This document shows positions 52,872-64,000 of a stretch of DNA of 64,000 nucleotides, in pieces. Under the pieces are notes generated by a model. It searched no databases, was not told the origin of the DNA, and was given only the letters and a program-made list of their open reading frames with translations. How positions within the stretch are numbered: the stretch's first letter is position 1; the number at the start of each line of letters is the position of its first letter. Position numbers and translations under genes: made by a program. This DNA is from Octopus vulgaris (taxonomy: Eukaryota), in contig OX597833.1 in NCBI GenBank assembly GCA_951406725.2, forward strand, positions 45,880,001 to 45,944,000, given 5' to 3'.

Positions 52872-53128
52872 CTTTAATAGTACATTTTTCTATCTATTTT
52901 TCTTTTTTTTTCAACAGTAACCCCTTGGTCAACTGTAACAGTTTGCCATCTGCTGATGTCTGCGCTCTGGTGAGAAGTTACGGTGTTTGGTCTGCTTGGA
53001 CTGCTTGCGCTGATGGCCAGATGAGTCGAACTAGAGCTTGTGCCGCCCCAGTTGATGGTCCTTGTTCTTGCGACGGGGTAGCAGAAGAAACCCAAGTACA
53101 AGTGTGTCGAAATCGAGCTCAGCAATAA
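28429..53128 (+). CDS. Gene B: secreted heme peroxidase-like protein, 932 aa, with Ala-rich N-terminal domain and C-terminal TSR; join(28429..28436,31326..31546,35291..35954,37018..37232,38611..38796,39609..39633,42011..42126,43248..43349,44616..44714,46488..46956,48256..48468,50462..50628,50958..51060,52918..53128)
   Basis: 14 exons, all GT-AG, phases chain without stops to 2799 nt; motifs [90 protein letters not shown]; exons 1-3 are less certain than exons 4-14. Confidence 0.85.
28750..28980 (-). mobile_element. (TA)n-flanked Penelope-like remnant
   Basis: Contains a hammerhead motif and is bounded by TA tracts. Confidence 0.5.
28888..28950 (-). ncRNA. Type I hammerhead ribozyme motif
   Basis: Minus strand cac-CTGAAGA-atgactgt..acagccat-GAAAC-gatc-GTA-gtg: intact core, stem II, palindromic stem III, GUA site. 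Confidence 0.7.
30126..30535 (+). mobile_element. Family-2 SINE
   Basis: Near-identical to other copies. Confidence 0.85.
31326..31546 (+). CDS. Gene B exon 2: signal peptide ([16 protein letters not shown]) and Arg/Gly/Cys-rich segment
   Basis: Strong polypyrimidine tract plus ttcag| acceptor, |gtatgt donor, open frame, hydrophobic core. Confidence 0.75.
32321..32835 (-). mobile_element. Non-autonomous Helitron-like element, longer variant
   Basis: Same termini as the other copies plus an extra ~220-bp internal block (about 32400-32620). Confidence 0.75.
34274..35275 (+). repeat. Left arm of ~1 kb inverted repeat (partner 53259-54245)
   Basis: Reverse-complement match read along its length: ~310-bp unique block, (AAT)n, short SINE piece, (AAT)n, ~560-bp element, (AAT)n. 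Confidence 0.92.
35291..35954 (+). CDS. Gene B exon 3: GAN repeats plus Ala-rich acidic domain
   Basis: ttccag| acceptor, |gtaagt donor, 664 nt open, phases 1 and 2 match the neighbouring exons, mixed GCT/GCC/GCA codons, ends in ordinary protein sequence ([22 protein letters not shown]). Confidence 0.82.
35996..36100. repeat. (CAT)n microsatellite
   Basis: Direct reading. Confidence 0.95.
37018..37232 (+). CDS. Gene B exon 4 (…[39 protein letters not shown])
   Basis: Classic start motif of the animal peroxidase domain; canonical splice sites. Confidence 0.92.
38611..38796 (+). CDS. Gene B exon 5 (LPGARLIS…[17 protein letters not shown]), distal His region
   Basis: caatag| acceptor, |gtaag donor; not in the ORF track. 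Confidence 0.9.
38858..39345 (-). mobile_element. Family-2 SINE
   Basis: Reverse copy. Confidence 0.85.
39609..39633 (+). CDS. Gene B exon 6, 25-nt microexon (GDCCETDD)
   Basis: Long pyrimidine tract, caccag| and |gtaagt; needed to convert phase 1 to phase 2 and supplies the CC that precedes CFPI. Confidence 0.85.
41280..41910 (+). mobile_element. Tandem family-3 SINE copies
   Basis: Three heads aaggcggc..gctgg.agaa in series. Confidence 0.78.
42011..42126 (+). CDS. Gene B exon 7 ([28 protein letters not shown])
   Basis: Peroxidase motif, canonical splice sites. Confidence 0.92.
42157..42760 (+). mobile_element. Tandem family-3 SINE copies
   Basis: Repeated family-3 units. Confidence 0.78.
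43248..43349 (+). CDS. Gene B exon 8 ([21 protein letters not shown]), Ca2+-binding loop
   Basis: Peroxidase motif, canonical splice sites. Confidence 0.92.
43620..44030 (+). mobile_element. Family-2 SINE
   Basis: Matches other copies. Confidence 0.85.
44616..44714 (+). CDS. Gene B exon 9 ([16 protein letters not shown]…NLCFIG)
   Basis: ttgcag| acceptor, |gtgggt donor; LLP and CF.G motif leads into GDxR. Confidence 0.88.
46488..46956 (+). CDS. Gene B exon 10 (GDNRVNVQP…LREHNRIA…FQEARKIV…YSHS), distal Arg and proximal His
   Basis: Core peroxidase motifs, canonical splice sites. Confidence 0.93.
47117..47368 (+). mobile_element. Family-3 SINE
   Basis: 18-bp flanking direct repeat ggtataattacatctccc at 47099 and 47369. 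Confidence 0.82.
47925..48074. repeat. Loopless imperfect palindrome, arms about 75 bp
   Basis: Centre ACTCA|TGAGT at 47999/48000; arms read as reverse complements. Confidence 0.85.
48256..48468 (+). CDS. Gene B exon 11 ([25 protein letters not shown])
   Basis: 213 nt, paralogous to 1237-1449. Confidence 0.93.
49460..50012 (+). mobile_element. Helitron fragment: PIF1-like helicase coding piece plus 3' terminus
   Basis: [45 protein letters not shown]; ends cccgaggatcgccggg..CTAG. Confidence 0.88.
50462..50628 (+). CDS. Gene B exon 12 ([11 protein letters not shown]…GDRFWYEN)
   Basis: 167 nt, paralogous to 2400-2566. Confidence 0.93.
50958..51060 (+). CDS. Gene B exon 13 ([28 protein letters not shown])
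   Basis: 103 nt, paralogous to 3701-3803. Confidence 0.9.
52371..52556. repeat. Near-perfect hairpin, arms about 92 bp, 3-nt loop
   Basis: 52371-52462 is the reverse complement of 52466-52556 apart from a 1-nt homopolymer difference. Confidence 0.93.
52918..53128 (+). CDS. Gene B exon 14: end of peroxidase domain plus TSR-like module (WSAWTAC..G.MSRTRAC)
   Basis: caacag| acceptor, TAA stop; paralogous to 5808-6003. Confidence 0.9.
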
Positions 53129-53198
53129 AGGATATAAGCACAAGACAACGAAGATGATAATGAAATGAATATATAAATGTATATGGAATATGATTGTG

Positions 53199-53204
53199 AA
53201 TAAA
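53199..53204 (+). terminator. Candidate polyadenylation signal of gene B
   Basis: AATAAA 70 nt after the stop, followed by T-rich sequence. Confidence 0.55.
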
Positions 53205-53255
53205 TATTTTCCTTGTCTGCTTTATTTCCTCTCATCTTCTTTTCCGTTTTTACTA

Positions 53256-53258
<3 letters not shown>

Positions 53259-53308
<50 letters not shown>

Positions 53309-53861
53309 GAGTGAGAGAGCAGTGCATGCCATCAAATTGACACTGGGGTAAAATATACGAAGCCCGGTAAAACCATCAAGACTACCCGTCTGATAAGGGT
53401 ACACTAGGCACATGCATCACAACCATATGTGCGCGACATGGTGATCTCATATCAAGATAAAAAGCATATGACCTTGCAGGTGGGGCCCAGTTAGAATTTT
53501 CTTCAGGTTGAGTAGCCCATCCCGCTCAAAAGGTCCCTGAATAAGGGTTGTTTAAGGATGTTGAAAGAACCACCCATGTTTCCAGGGGTGAATTATTCAA
53601 ACCCCAAAGAATCCCTCTCAACACATGGCTATGATGCTCCCCCACTACTTCTGCTCGTGATCAGAGATGCACATATCGTCAGCCACTAAGGGACATGATC
53701 AACTGATTAAGGTCAAACAACTGACAAGCAAATCTGTGGTATTGAGCAGAATATTTGCTGTAGCCCATCTTTTATACCAAGACAAAACAATGTACATGAT
53801 AACACTTCCAATCAGTTAAGATCAGAAGCCATGAGAGCCACTGCCTGGTACTGCATCAGGG

Positions 53862-53894
<33 letters not shown>

Positions 53895-54245
53895 CAGGCC
53901 TTGTGCCTATAGTAGAAAGGATTATTATTATTATTATTAACTTCTCTATGCCGTTATCTTGAGAAAATTACAGTGTTAGTGACCCTGACGGTTTCAAATT
54001 ATTTTGAGGGACGATACAACTGAAGGTTTCCTCGCTGGATCTCAATGAAGCTAACAAAATTTCTAGTGATTAATCAAATAATCATGCATCACACAGCTTG
54101 CATTAGAATCGTAAGGTAACGTTAAGTAGTTAAACCTTTGCTGTGAAACTGAATATATGTAAATATATCTTGTTATTCTTTTCGCGTTTAGAAAAACAAA
54201 AGATATTGACCTGACAGGTTTTGCGGTTAGTTCGTCACTCATCAG
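53259..54245 (-). repeat. Right arm of ~1 kb inverted repeat (partner 34274-35275)
   Basis: Reverse-complement match. Confidence 0.92.
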
Positions 54246-54759
54246 AGGACGTGTGCGTCCTCATCATGCAGCTAATGAACTGAATTTGTAAATTGCTATT
54301 TACAACAAACAAACGGGGATTTAGCAGTAATAGCTAGGCTAATTTGCATACTATTCATTCGCCTTCGATGTGATTAAACTATTAATAAACGTATATGTAT
54401 AACACGGTGTTTATTAAAATCTTAACATATATTTAAGGTAGTTCAACAACAATTGTTGAAACCTTTGCTGTGAAACTTTAAACAGATGTAAAAAGCAACT
54501 TATTCTTTTCTGAGCTGGAAAAATTAAGGAGATTGCCCTAACATATTTTATAGTTTGTTGAAAACTCATTAGCGGACAACTCCCTCCAATTTTCATAAAG
54601 TGTTCGCTGGCGGCGTAATTATAAAATGTTTATGCATATCGCAACATGAGTCAAAAACCCAAAACCTGTTAATTAAAATAATTATCCAACTTGCTACCAT
54701 CTTAAAGAGGCAAACCGTACTTTTCAAGGTACCTATTGCACAGCTAGTTGTAACAGGTC

Positions 54760-55160
54760 TCTTTTACTTGTTTCAGTCATTTGACTGTGACCATGCTGGA
54801 GCACTGCCTTTAGCCGAGCAAATCGACCCTGGGACTTATTCTTTGTAAGCCTAGTACTTATTCTATCGGTCTCTTTTGCCGAACCGCTAAGTTACGGGGA
54901 CGTAAACACACCAGCATCGGATGTCAAGCGTTGTTGGGGGGGGCAAACACAGACACACATACATACATACATACATGTGTGTGTGTGTATACATATATAC
55001 GACGGGTTTCTTTCAGTTTCCGTCTACCAAATCCACTCACAAGGCTTTGGTCGGCCCGAGACTATAGTAGAAGACACTTGCCCAAGGTTCCACGCAGTGG
55101 TACTGAAGCCGGAACCATGTGGTTGGTAAGCAAGCTACTTACCACACAGCCACTCCTACG
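54760..55160 (-). mobile_element. Family-2 SINE
   Basis: Reverse copy. Confidence 0.85.
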
Positions 55161-56002
55161 TGCAAAATAAATTTATGGTTACGGAGTCCTACCAGTAACG
55201 AGACACGTACCACCGACTCTTTGACATGTTGTCCAGCACACTAATTATTCATTCAAAAGAGATCACATTTGAGTTTGTACAAATACAACAAAAATCAGGA
55301 ACTATCAGCAATTGGTACTTCTTCAATTTTTTTTTATGGTGGTGTCCCAGTATGGTCACAAGCCAGTGGTTGGAACCAGCAAAAGAGTAATTAATTTGAA
55401 AAGGTGACGTCGAGTGAATAAAGGAAGCAATTGTTCAGATGCGTTCGGCTGTTATGACCACCCCAACTTCTTTCCGTGACGGCGCGCGACTCGGTGGTTT
55501 GGGCATTTGGTTCACAATCGTGAGTTCGATTCACGGCGGCGCGTTGTGTCCTTGAGCAAGACATTTTATTTCACACTGCTCCAGTCTAATCATCTGGCAA
55601 AAATGAGTAGTACCTGTACTTCAAGGGGCCGGCCTTGTCACGTTCTGTGTCACGCCGAATCTCCTAAGAACTGCGTTAAGGATACGCGTGCCTGTAGAGT
55701 GCTCAGCCACTTGCACATTAATTTCTGTGGCAGGCTGTTCCGTTGATCGAATCAACCGGAACCCTCGTCGTCGTAACCGACAGAATGCCGGTTATCTTCT
55801 TTTCAGGCACAATGCAGTATCATCTCGCACAACGCTCCTCAATCAGTCCTTTCCTTTCTTGATATGGTTCATAATTTCGAAGTAGATTAGGTTTCTGTTT
55901 ATAGCAAGTCAGACACACACACACAGAGACTCTTTTGTTATCTTTTAAGGAAAGAAGGAAACATCTTGATGTCCAAGGAAGCAGTTTTAAAGACATTGGC
56001 TG

Positions 56003-56235
<233 letters not shown>

Positions 56236-56480
56236 TCAAGGGATATATAGGTATATAAATAACAGTCAAAACTCTTATAAATCACAAAAATACACCGATG
56301 AAAACACAGAAATCAAACGAAGCAAAATGGTTGACAATCTACTAACATACATTTAAGTATTGTGGATGACACCTTCGTAGATTAATATATATATATATAT
56401 ACATACACGCACACATACATAGTAAATTTGGTGCTCGATGTCAACTTCAATGACTTCTCTGAGGATCCTTAACCAAATTA

Positions 56481-57047
56481 CTGGGTTGTCTGGAAAGTCT
56501 GTGCCGATTTATAGTAGCTTACCTTTCAACTTATTTTAGAACATGGTTGAATCCATAAAATAGGATTTGACTACACCTCCATTTAGAGTACATTTTAAGG
56601 TATCTTTTCGTGGAAGAAGGTTTGTGTTTCTATAACCTGTGTTAATTTTGTAACCCTTTACAATGGAAGATAAGAAAGGTCATTTTCGGCACTTGATGCT
56701 TTGGGAACCATACAAAAATTGCTGCAGCTCGGCTGGGATGTATTACCCCACCCTCCATATTCACCAGATATTTCTCCTTCGGATTTCCACTTATTCAGGT
56801 CTCTGCAGAATAGTCTTAAGGTAAAAATTTCAATTCCTTTGATGACGTAAAAAGATACCTTGATGAATTTCTTTGCCATGAAACCACCTCAATTCTGGGA
56901 AGAGGATATTTTCAAGTTAAAGGAAAGATGTAGACGCATGATGTAACAAAATGGTTCATATTTGGTTGACTAAAGATGTAATGGCAAGTATTTATTGACC
57001 TTTTTCTTTCCTTTAAAAATCGGCACGAACTGTCCCGGACAACCCAA
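56481..57047 (+). mobile_element. Internally deleted mariner-like DNA transposon
   Basis: TIRs ctgggttgtctggaaagtctgtgccgattt / aaatcggcacgaactgtcccggacaacccaa, TA on both sides; transposase remnant LPHPPYSPDISPSDFHLFRSLQNSL. Confidence 0.88.
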
Positions 57048-57899
57048 TACTACCAAGGTTAATAAAATAACAGGCACTTCGTCGGTTACGACAACGTGGG
57101 TTCCGGCTGATGCGACCAACGGAACGGCCTGCGCGTCAAATTAACGTGCAAGTGGCTGAGTACTCCACAGAGAAGCATACCTATTTCTATTTCTTTACTA
57201 CCCACAAGGGGCTAAACACAGAGGGGACGAATAAGGACAGACAAACGGTTTAAGTCGATTATATCGACCCCAGTGCGTAACTGGTACTCATTTAATCGAC
57301 CCCGGAAGTTTGAAAGGCAAAGTCGACCTCGGCAAAAATTGAACTCAGAACTTTGCGGCAGACGAAATACTGCAAAGCATTTCGCCCGGTGTGCTAACGT
57401 TTCTGCCAGCATACCATTAACATAGTTCTCAGGGAAATTTGGGGTGACACAGAATGTGACAAAGCTGGTCCTTTGAAATACAAGTACAACTCATACTTAC
57501 CAGCTGCGTGGGCTGGAACAACGTGAAATAAAGATTCTTGCCCAAGGACGAAATGTGTCGCCGTGAATTGAACACATGACCTTACGATCGCGAGACGAAT
57601 ACCCTAATTACTAAGCCACGAGCCTTAATTATTTGTTAAAATATTGGAGCCATAGCTTGGCAATGGGTGACACTGCTCAATTATGTGGTGAGTAAAACTC
57701 ATGTTTATTAACTAGTTCAGACCACATTGGTGGGTTGACTGACCGCTGACTGCTACTGCTATTAACTGGCAATGGAATCGCTAACTACTCCCAGTTACCA
57801 TATGGGAGGTAACTTTAGCAAAGTGAACAAGAATAGTCTCCCTTGTGCGTATCAGCAAAGAATGTGAAGATAAAGATAACTAACAGTATAATCAAGCTC

Positions 57900-58255
57900 T
57901 TTCTTTTACTTGTTTCAGTCATTTGACTGCGGCCATGCTGGAGCACCGCCTTTAGTCGAGCAAATCGACCCCGGGACTTATTCTTTGTAAGCCCAGTACT
58001 TATTCTATCGGTGTCTTTTGCCGAACCGCTAAGTGACGGCGACGTAAACACACCAGCATCGGTTGTCAAGCAATGCTAAGGGGACAAACACAGACACACA
58101 AACATATATATATATATACATCTATACGACAGGCTTCTTTCAGTTTGGTCGGCCCGAGACTATAGTAGAAGACACTTGCCCAAGATGCCATGCAGTGGGA
58201 CTGAACCCGGAACCATGTGGTTGGTAAGCAAGGTACTTACCACACAGCCACTCCT
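57900..58255 (-). mobile_element. Family-2 SINE with a small internal deletion
   Basis: Reverse copy. Confidence 0.82.
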
Positions 58256-59403
58256 TTCAAACCAAACTAAGTAACATCGACGTCAAATTTGGGCAAATCC
58301 GTGTATGTGTGTAAAACACACACACACACGTACGTACGTACACCTATTGCATACATGTTCGTGTGTGTGTGTGTGTTACCTGTATATCAACAAAACACTT
58401 TTTTCCTCGATGGAAAAAACAACAACAAAAGTCTTAACAAAAAAACTTCCTCGTCACTAGAAGGGGACTTAACTCCAGTTTTCAAACTGGTGATTTCTCC
58501 GACTTGAAAATTGTTAACAGTTTTGATTGAAAATTTATTTTTACTGCTATTCGCTGGTGCCTCTTGTGAAAATAAGTCGACGAAAATACAGCTAGGGTCA
58601 TGACGAATGTCCTCCTAAAAATGGAACGACATGCGTGCTAATTTGTGAATGTGCATAAATTACATTCACGTACACACATACAGGCACACGCACATCCTGC
58701 CTTTTATATATACAGATGAAAGCTTTGTGTTGCTTAGAGAAATCCAACTGCTATCAGTGAAAGATGTGGAATAATTACAGAGGAAGAACATCGAAGAAAA
58801 GAACAGAGTCGGAAACACTGAGTCTGAGAGGCAAGGTTAGAAAAGAAAACATATAGAGATGTTGTCGTGTATACACACTTTAAAACAGTAACTCCTTTTC
58901 ATCATTTTAATGTTTACTTTCCCATGGGCCTTTGAGGCAAATTTTCTACAACCGAATGCGTCACTGTCGCCAACCCTTGTTACCAGGTAGGTAATAATTC
59001 TCTGAAGCAAATTCTTGTTGGTGTTGTTACAATTACACTGATCCTCCTTCCTTAGTTGGTATTTGATGAATAAGGGAGTCTGAAGTTATCATCCTTAGTT
59101 GTGTATCTCCTGCTCTGAAGAAGATTCATTTGGAATTCTAGACAGTAGAACGTCCAGTTACACTTTGAAGACATTTACATACACACGATGTAGGTTTCTT
59201 AATTCCTTTGGCTGTCAACTGGTGAAGAGGGGACAAACATAAATGCTTACATATACACACATATAGCCACATGCACGCACACACATATGCACACAGAAAG
59301 GGCTTCCTCACAGTTACTGTCTACCAAATTCATTTCCAATGCTTTAGCAGAACTAAACCTGAAATTACATGGCTGCAAAGCAAGCTTCTTAGCCACACAA
59401 CCT

Positions 59404-59443
<40 letters not shown>

Positions 59444-59599
59444 AGGATAAGGAAAATTATAGAAGGAACACATCTAAGGCGATCAATACAAATTCCAAAG
59501 CATAATGTAAAACACACAATGAAATATATATTCATATAAATATTGTGAAGTATACTTAAAAAACATACTTCATAAGAAAATTTAACTTTATATATATAT

Positions 59600-61065
59600 G
59601 GCACGTAAAAAGCACCATCCGTTTCGTGGCCGTTGCCAGCCTCGCCTGGCCCCCATGCCGGTGGCACATAAAAAGCACCATCCGATCGTGGCCGTTTGCC
59701 AGACTCGTCTGGCACCTGTGCCGGTGGCACGTAAAAAGCACCCACTACACTCACGGAGTGGTTGGCATTAGGAAGGGCATCCAGCCGTAGAAACATTGCC
59801 AGATCAAACTGGGCCTGGTGCAGCCTTCTGGCTTCCCAGACCCCAGTTGAACCGTCCAACCCATGCTAGCATGGAAAGCGGACGCTAAACGACGATGATG
59901 ATGATATATGTACAGAAAACAGCTTCTGTCACATTCCAGGGAGAAAAACTACAAGTAGTTGATAGCTTCCATTACCTAGGTCACCAAGTCAGTAATTGGG
60001 GTGAATGCTCTGAAAGTGTAGCTGCTAGAATAAGAATAGCCAGGGCAAAGTTCAGAGAGCTCCTACCTCTGCTGGTGACAAAGGGCCTCTCGCTCAGAGT
60101 AAAAGGTAGACTGTATGACGCATTTGTGCAAACAGCCATGCTACATGGCACTGAAACATGGACTGTAACTGCTGAGGACATGCGCAAGTTAGCAAGTAAT
60201 GAAGCCAGTATGCTCTGCAGGATGTGTAATGTCAGTGTGCATACACGACAGGGTGTAAGTGCTCTGAGAGAAAAGCTGGACTTAAGAAGCATCAGCTGTG
60301 GTGTGCAAGAGAGATGAGTGCACTGGTATGGTACTGTGTTGCAACTGGATGAGGAGATATGTGTGAAAAAGCATCACACTATAGCAGTAGAGGGAACTTG
60401 TGGAAGAGGTAGACCCAGGAAGACCTGGGAAGAGGTGGTGAAGCATGACCTTCGAACATTAGACCTCACCAAAGCAATGACAAGTAACCAAGACCTTGGA
60501 GATATGCTGTGCTTGAGAAGACCTGGCAAGTCAAGTGAGACCATAACTGTGGACTATGCCAGTGCAACATAACCAGCCCATTTAACAGTACCCTTCAATC
60601 ATTGGGCAATAAACTGCACTTGCAAAGACCTGTTGAGGCAAGTGAAATCATTATCGTGGCCAATGGCAATACCACCTGACTGGCACCTCTGCCAGTGGCA
60701 CGATAAAAGCACCATTCAAGCATGATTGTTGCTAGTGCTGCCTGACTGGCTCCTGTGCCAGTGACACATAAAAAGCACCATTCAAGCGTGATTGTTACTA
60801 GTGTTGCCTGACTGGCACCTGTGCTGGTGACATGTAAAAAACACCATTCAAGCGTGGTCATTGCCAGTGCCGACTGACTGGCCCTCATGCCTATAGCATA
60901 TAAAAAGCATCCACTATGCTCTCGGAGTGGTTGGCATTAGGAAGGGCATCCAGCTGTAGAAACTCAGCCAGATCAGATTGGAACCTGGTGCAGCCTTCTG
61001 GCTCACCAGCCCTTAGCCAAACTGTCCAACCCATGCCGGCATGGAAAGCGCACATTAAACGATGA
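59600..61065 (+). mobile_element. RTE-type LINE 3' fragments with tandem ~60-bp repeats in the 3' region (two 3' ends in tandem)
   Basis: VVDSFHYLG, ARIR.A.AKFREL, AMLHGTETW, RGRGRPRKTW-like motifs at 59910-60480; shared 3' block at 59740-59900 and 60910-61065; aaaagcacc repeat units. Confidence 0.82.
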
Positions 61066-62174
61066 TGACAAATGCACAATGCTTCAAGTGACCTACAATA
61101 CTTTCCTATATGTGTGCGTGTGTGTGTGTGATGATATATATATATATATACATACACAATGGGTTTCTTTCAGTTTCCATCTACCAAATCCATTCACAAG
61201 GCTTTGGTCAGCCAGTGGCTATATATAATAGAAGGTACTTGTCCGAGGTGCCATGCAGTAGGACTGAACCTGGAACTATGTGGTTGGGAAGCAAGCTTCT
61301 TACCACACAGCCATATGTGTGTGTGTGTGTGTTTGTCCCCCACCACTGCTTGACAACTGGTGTTGGTGTGTTTACATCCCCATAACTTAGCAGTTCAGCA
61401 AAAGAGACAGATAGAAAAAGAACCATGCTTAAAAAGAAAATAAGTTGATTCATTCAACTAAAAATTTTTCAAGGTGGTGCCCCAGCATGGCCACAGTCTA
61501 ATGATTCAAATAAATAAATTTAAAAAATATGCATTTTTAGCACAAACAGAACGCGTTGGATCCACTAAGCATTCCTCAAAGTAGTCGTTACAACACAAAA
61601 TTACAATATATAATCAAGTTGCTTTCATAAATGGTGTTCATTTTCAAGGAGGAGGAGGAGGGGAGGGAGGAGAAGAAGAAGAAGAAGAAGAACAAGAAGA
61701 AGAAGAACAAGAACAAGAACAAGAAGAACAAGAACAAGAAGGAGAAGAAGGGCTAGCTGGCCTAGAACTAAAATCAACAGATTGTGATTATTTATTACCC
61801 ATAGTAGAAACTACATATACAATAAATTAAAACACAAATTCATTTTCTCAGAGAAATAAATTACAAAAAACAAAAAAAAATTTTGTTTTAATATTTGATA
61901 AGAAGTACATATATATATATATTCATGCTTTTTGAGAGTTCCACAGATCTAGATATTGCAAACATATTTCTATTTTGCAATTGAAAGAAAAGTGAAGAAA
62001 TACTATTAATTACGAAATCAATAAATTATTATAAAAATATAAGTTTCTTCTTGCGTGTTTATAAGGTTACCAATGTACCAGTCAACTTTTCTTCATATTT
62101 TGTTTAACCTTCATTGATTATAAAGTGACATTAGTATCATGCTAGTGATTAAGATATATATATATATTATAGGT

Positions 62175-62645
62175 ACATTATTTACATTTGATGGATATTT
62201 GTCCTCATCTTGTTTGTTGTTAACACAATGTTTCAGCTGATATACCCTCCAGCCTTCATCAGGTGTCTTGGGGAAATTTCGAACTTGGGTTCTCATTCCT
62301 AAGGTATTTTTCGATGTTGTTGTTGTTATTATTACTATTAGTAGTAGTAGTATTAGTATTATTCAGGTCATTGCCTGGAACTGAACTCGGAATTTTGGGG
62401 TTAAGAGCACAGGCTACTAACCCCAAGATTCCAAATTCAATTCCAGGCAGTGACCCGAATAATAATAATAATAACAACAACAATAATAATAACAACAACA
62501 TTGAAAAATATCTTAGGAATGAGAACCTAGGTTCGAAATTTCCCCAAAATGCCTGAAGGCTGTGGGGTATATCGGCCAAAACGTTGTGTTGACAACAAAT
62601 AAGGTGAGGAAAAATATCTGTCAAATGTAAATAATTCCTCATCTC
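62175..62645. mobile_element. Inverted pair of Penelope-like terminal repeats with hammerhead motifs
   Basis: About 62175-62400 and 62410-62645 are imperfect reverse complements; same family as 11660-11945. Confidence 0.65.
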
Positions 62646-62944
62646 TTAAATATAGAACTGTTTCCTCTTCATGCACATCAACTTATACCGTTATTAAAAT
62701 CCAATATGTAGTCTCTGTTGCTGCAGCATGTTAGAACGTTAGTTCAAAATACATATTAAAATTGAGAATTATGGAAATATATATTATAGTATGTTATTCC
62801 TCAGTCTGAAGAATTTCTAATAGGAAATCCCTTACATGTCTGTCTAACATGTAAAACTGTAATTCCTACTAACAGATGAAACATGTGTAATGGTTAATAA
62901 ATAATTCCAAAATATTTCTAATTTCTTGTTTTGTTATATATATA

Positions 62945-63330
62945 TCCTGAGCGTCCAAAAACACTATACTTGTTCCATGTCCTCGCATTGTTGTGTTTTC
63001 ATGTTTGGATTAACTATATATAAATATATATATATATATAAATAAACTGCTTCTTTTAGCATGTAAAATTACCTGTTAAAGGTAATTTCTCTTGTGTTTA
63101 AATATACACTATTTTATTTATATATATATATATAAATACATATATATAAAGTTAATCCAAACAAGAAAGCACAAAAAACACAACAACGCGAGGACGTGGA
63201 ACAAATATAGTATTATTAGACGCTCAGGAAAGAAGGAGGGTTTAAAGTTTCGAGCGGAGCTCTCCGTCGGAAACATAAGAGAAGGAAAGACAGAGGGAAA
63301 AAAATCGTCAACGGTACACACGCGGTCACG
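62945..63330. mobile_element. Inverted Penelope-like terminal fragments separated by TA tracts
   Basis: 62945-63015 is inverted relative to about 63140-63230; homologous to 14150-14390. Confidence 0.55.
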
Positions 63331-64000
63331 AGATTCAATAATACTCCCCTATTTCTTAAACTGATCATGTTTTATGAACGTTCAAGTGAGAGACTTCATA
63401 ATATATATGGAATACGAAGATGGTTGCGGCCATTGAAGTACATTTGGAAATTGGTGCTAAGCATTTGTAGCTAGAACCCAGATGTGTTACCAGGCTGATA
63501 TAGGAATCATATAGAAGGATAGCAGAGATGTGATTAGAAATTTTTCAGAGGGAACCAGAAGAAAACCTGGTAATAGATTTGGCACAAGTGCTTAAGGAAA
63601 ACAGTCTTCCTTAGGTAACAATGGAATAATTTAACTGGATGAATGTCTTTATGAGTGACAAATAGTTGGAAGGGACTATGGGTTGTATCACGAGCTTAAA
63701 TACCTGTAAATTCTCTAGTAGTTTTAATGATGCTCTGCACTGCATGAGATACTGAATCTCTCTCTCTATATATATATATATTTAATCCGGTGGTACTCAC
63801 AAAAAAAAAAACCCCTTTAGTCGATATGACTACAAACCACGTAGTAAATCAAATCATAGGGGTGTAATGTATCGTCCTATGCAGTTTCAATCCAGCAAAT
63901 TCAAACTTGGTTGAGTTCATTTGGGTAAAGCCGTTTTTCTTATTTTCTGCTCGTTACATAATTTTGCTCACACTTCTTGATACGTGGTTGATGACACTGA

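Noticed and set aside
54225-54275. Type III hammerhead-like arrangement on the minus strand (aggacg-caca-cgtcct-CTGATGA-gtgac-GAAC)
   Set aside because: GAAC instead of GAAA, no valid NUH triplet and essentially no stem II or III
60640-60900. Regularly spaced ~60-bp repeats resembling a CRISPR array
   Set aside because: Eukaryotic context, the spacers are themselves similar, no cas genes; tandem repeats in a LINE 3' region

Overview
AT-rich, repeat-dense eukaryotic DNA; the SINE and microsatellite landscape suggests a coleoid cephalopod, probably Octopus (inference). The window holds two tandem, plus-strand, intron-containing genes of the animal heme peroxidase (peroxidase-cyclooxygenase) superfamily, each ending in a short thrombospondin type-1 (TSR)-like module. 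Gene A is represented only by its last four exons (1237-6003). Gene B can be assembled completely by hand from 14 exons with GT-AG boundaries and consistent phases (28429-53128, 2799 nt, 932 aa). Its order is signal peptide, Arg/Gly/Cys-rich segment, GAN repeats plus a 145-aa acidic segment that is about 72% Ala (an exon the ORF track misses on the + strand), peroxidase domain and TSR. Gene B has lost five normally conserved heme-pocket residues. Its exons 3-14 lie between the arms of a ~1 kb near-identical inverted repeat, and a duplicated splice acceptor could yield a secreted Ala-rich protein with no enzyme domain. The rest is transposon debris: tRNA-derived SINEs, RTE and R4/Dong-like LINE fragments, Helitron pieces, mariner/pogo derivatives, Penelope-like ends with hammerhead ribozyme motifs, palindromes and microsatellites. 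Most short ORFs in the track are artefacts of these repeats.
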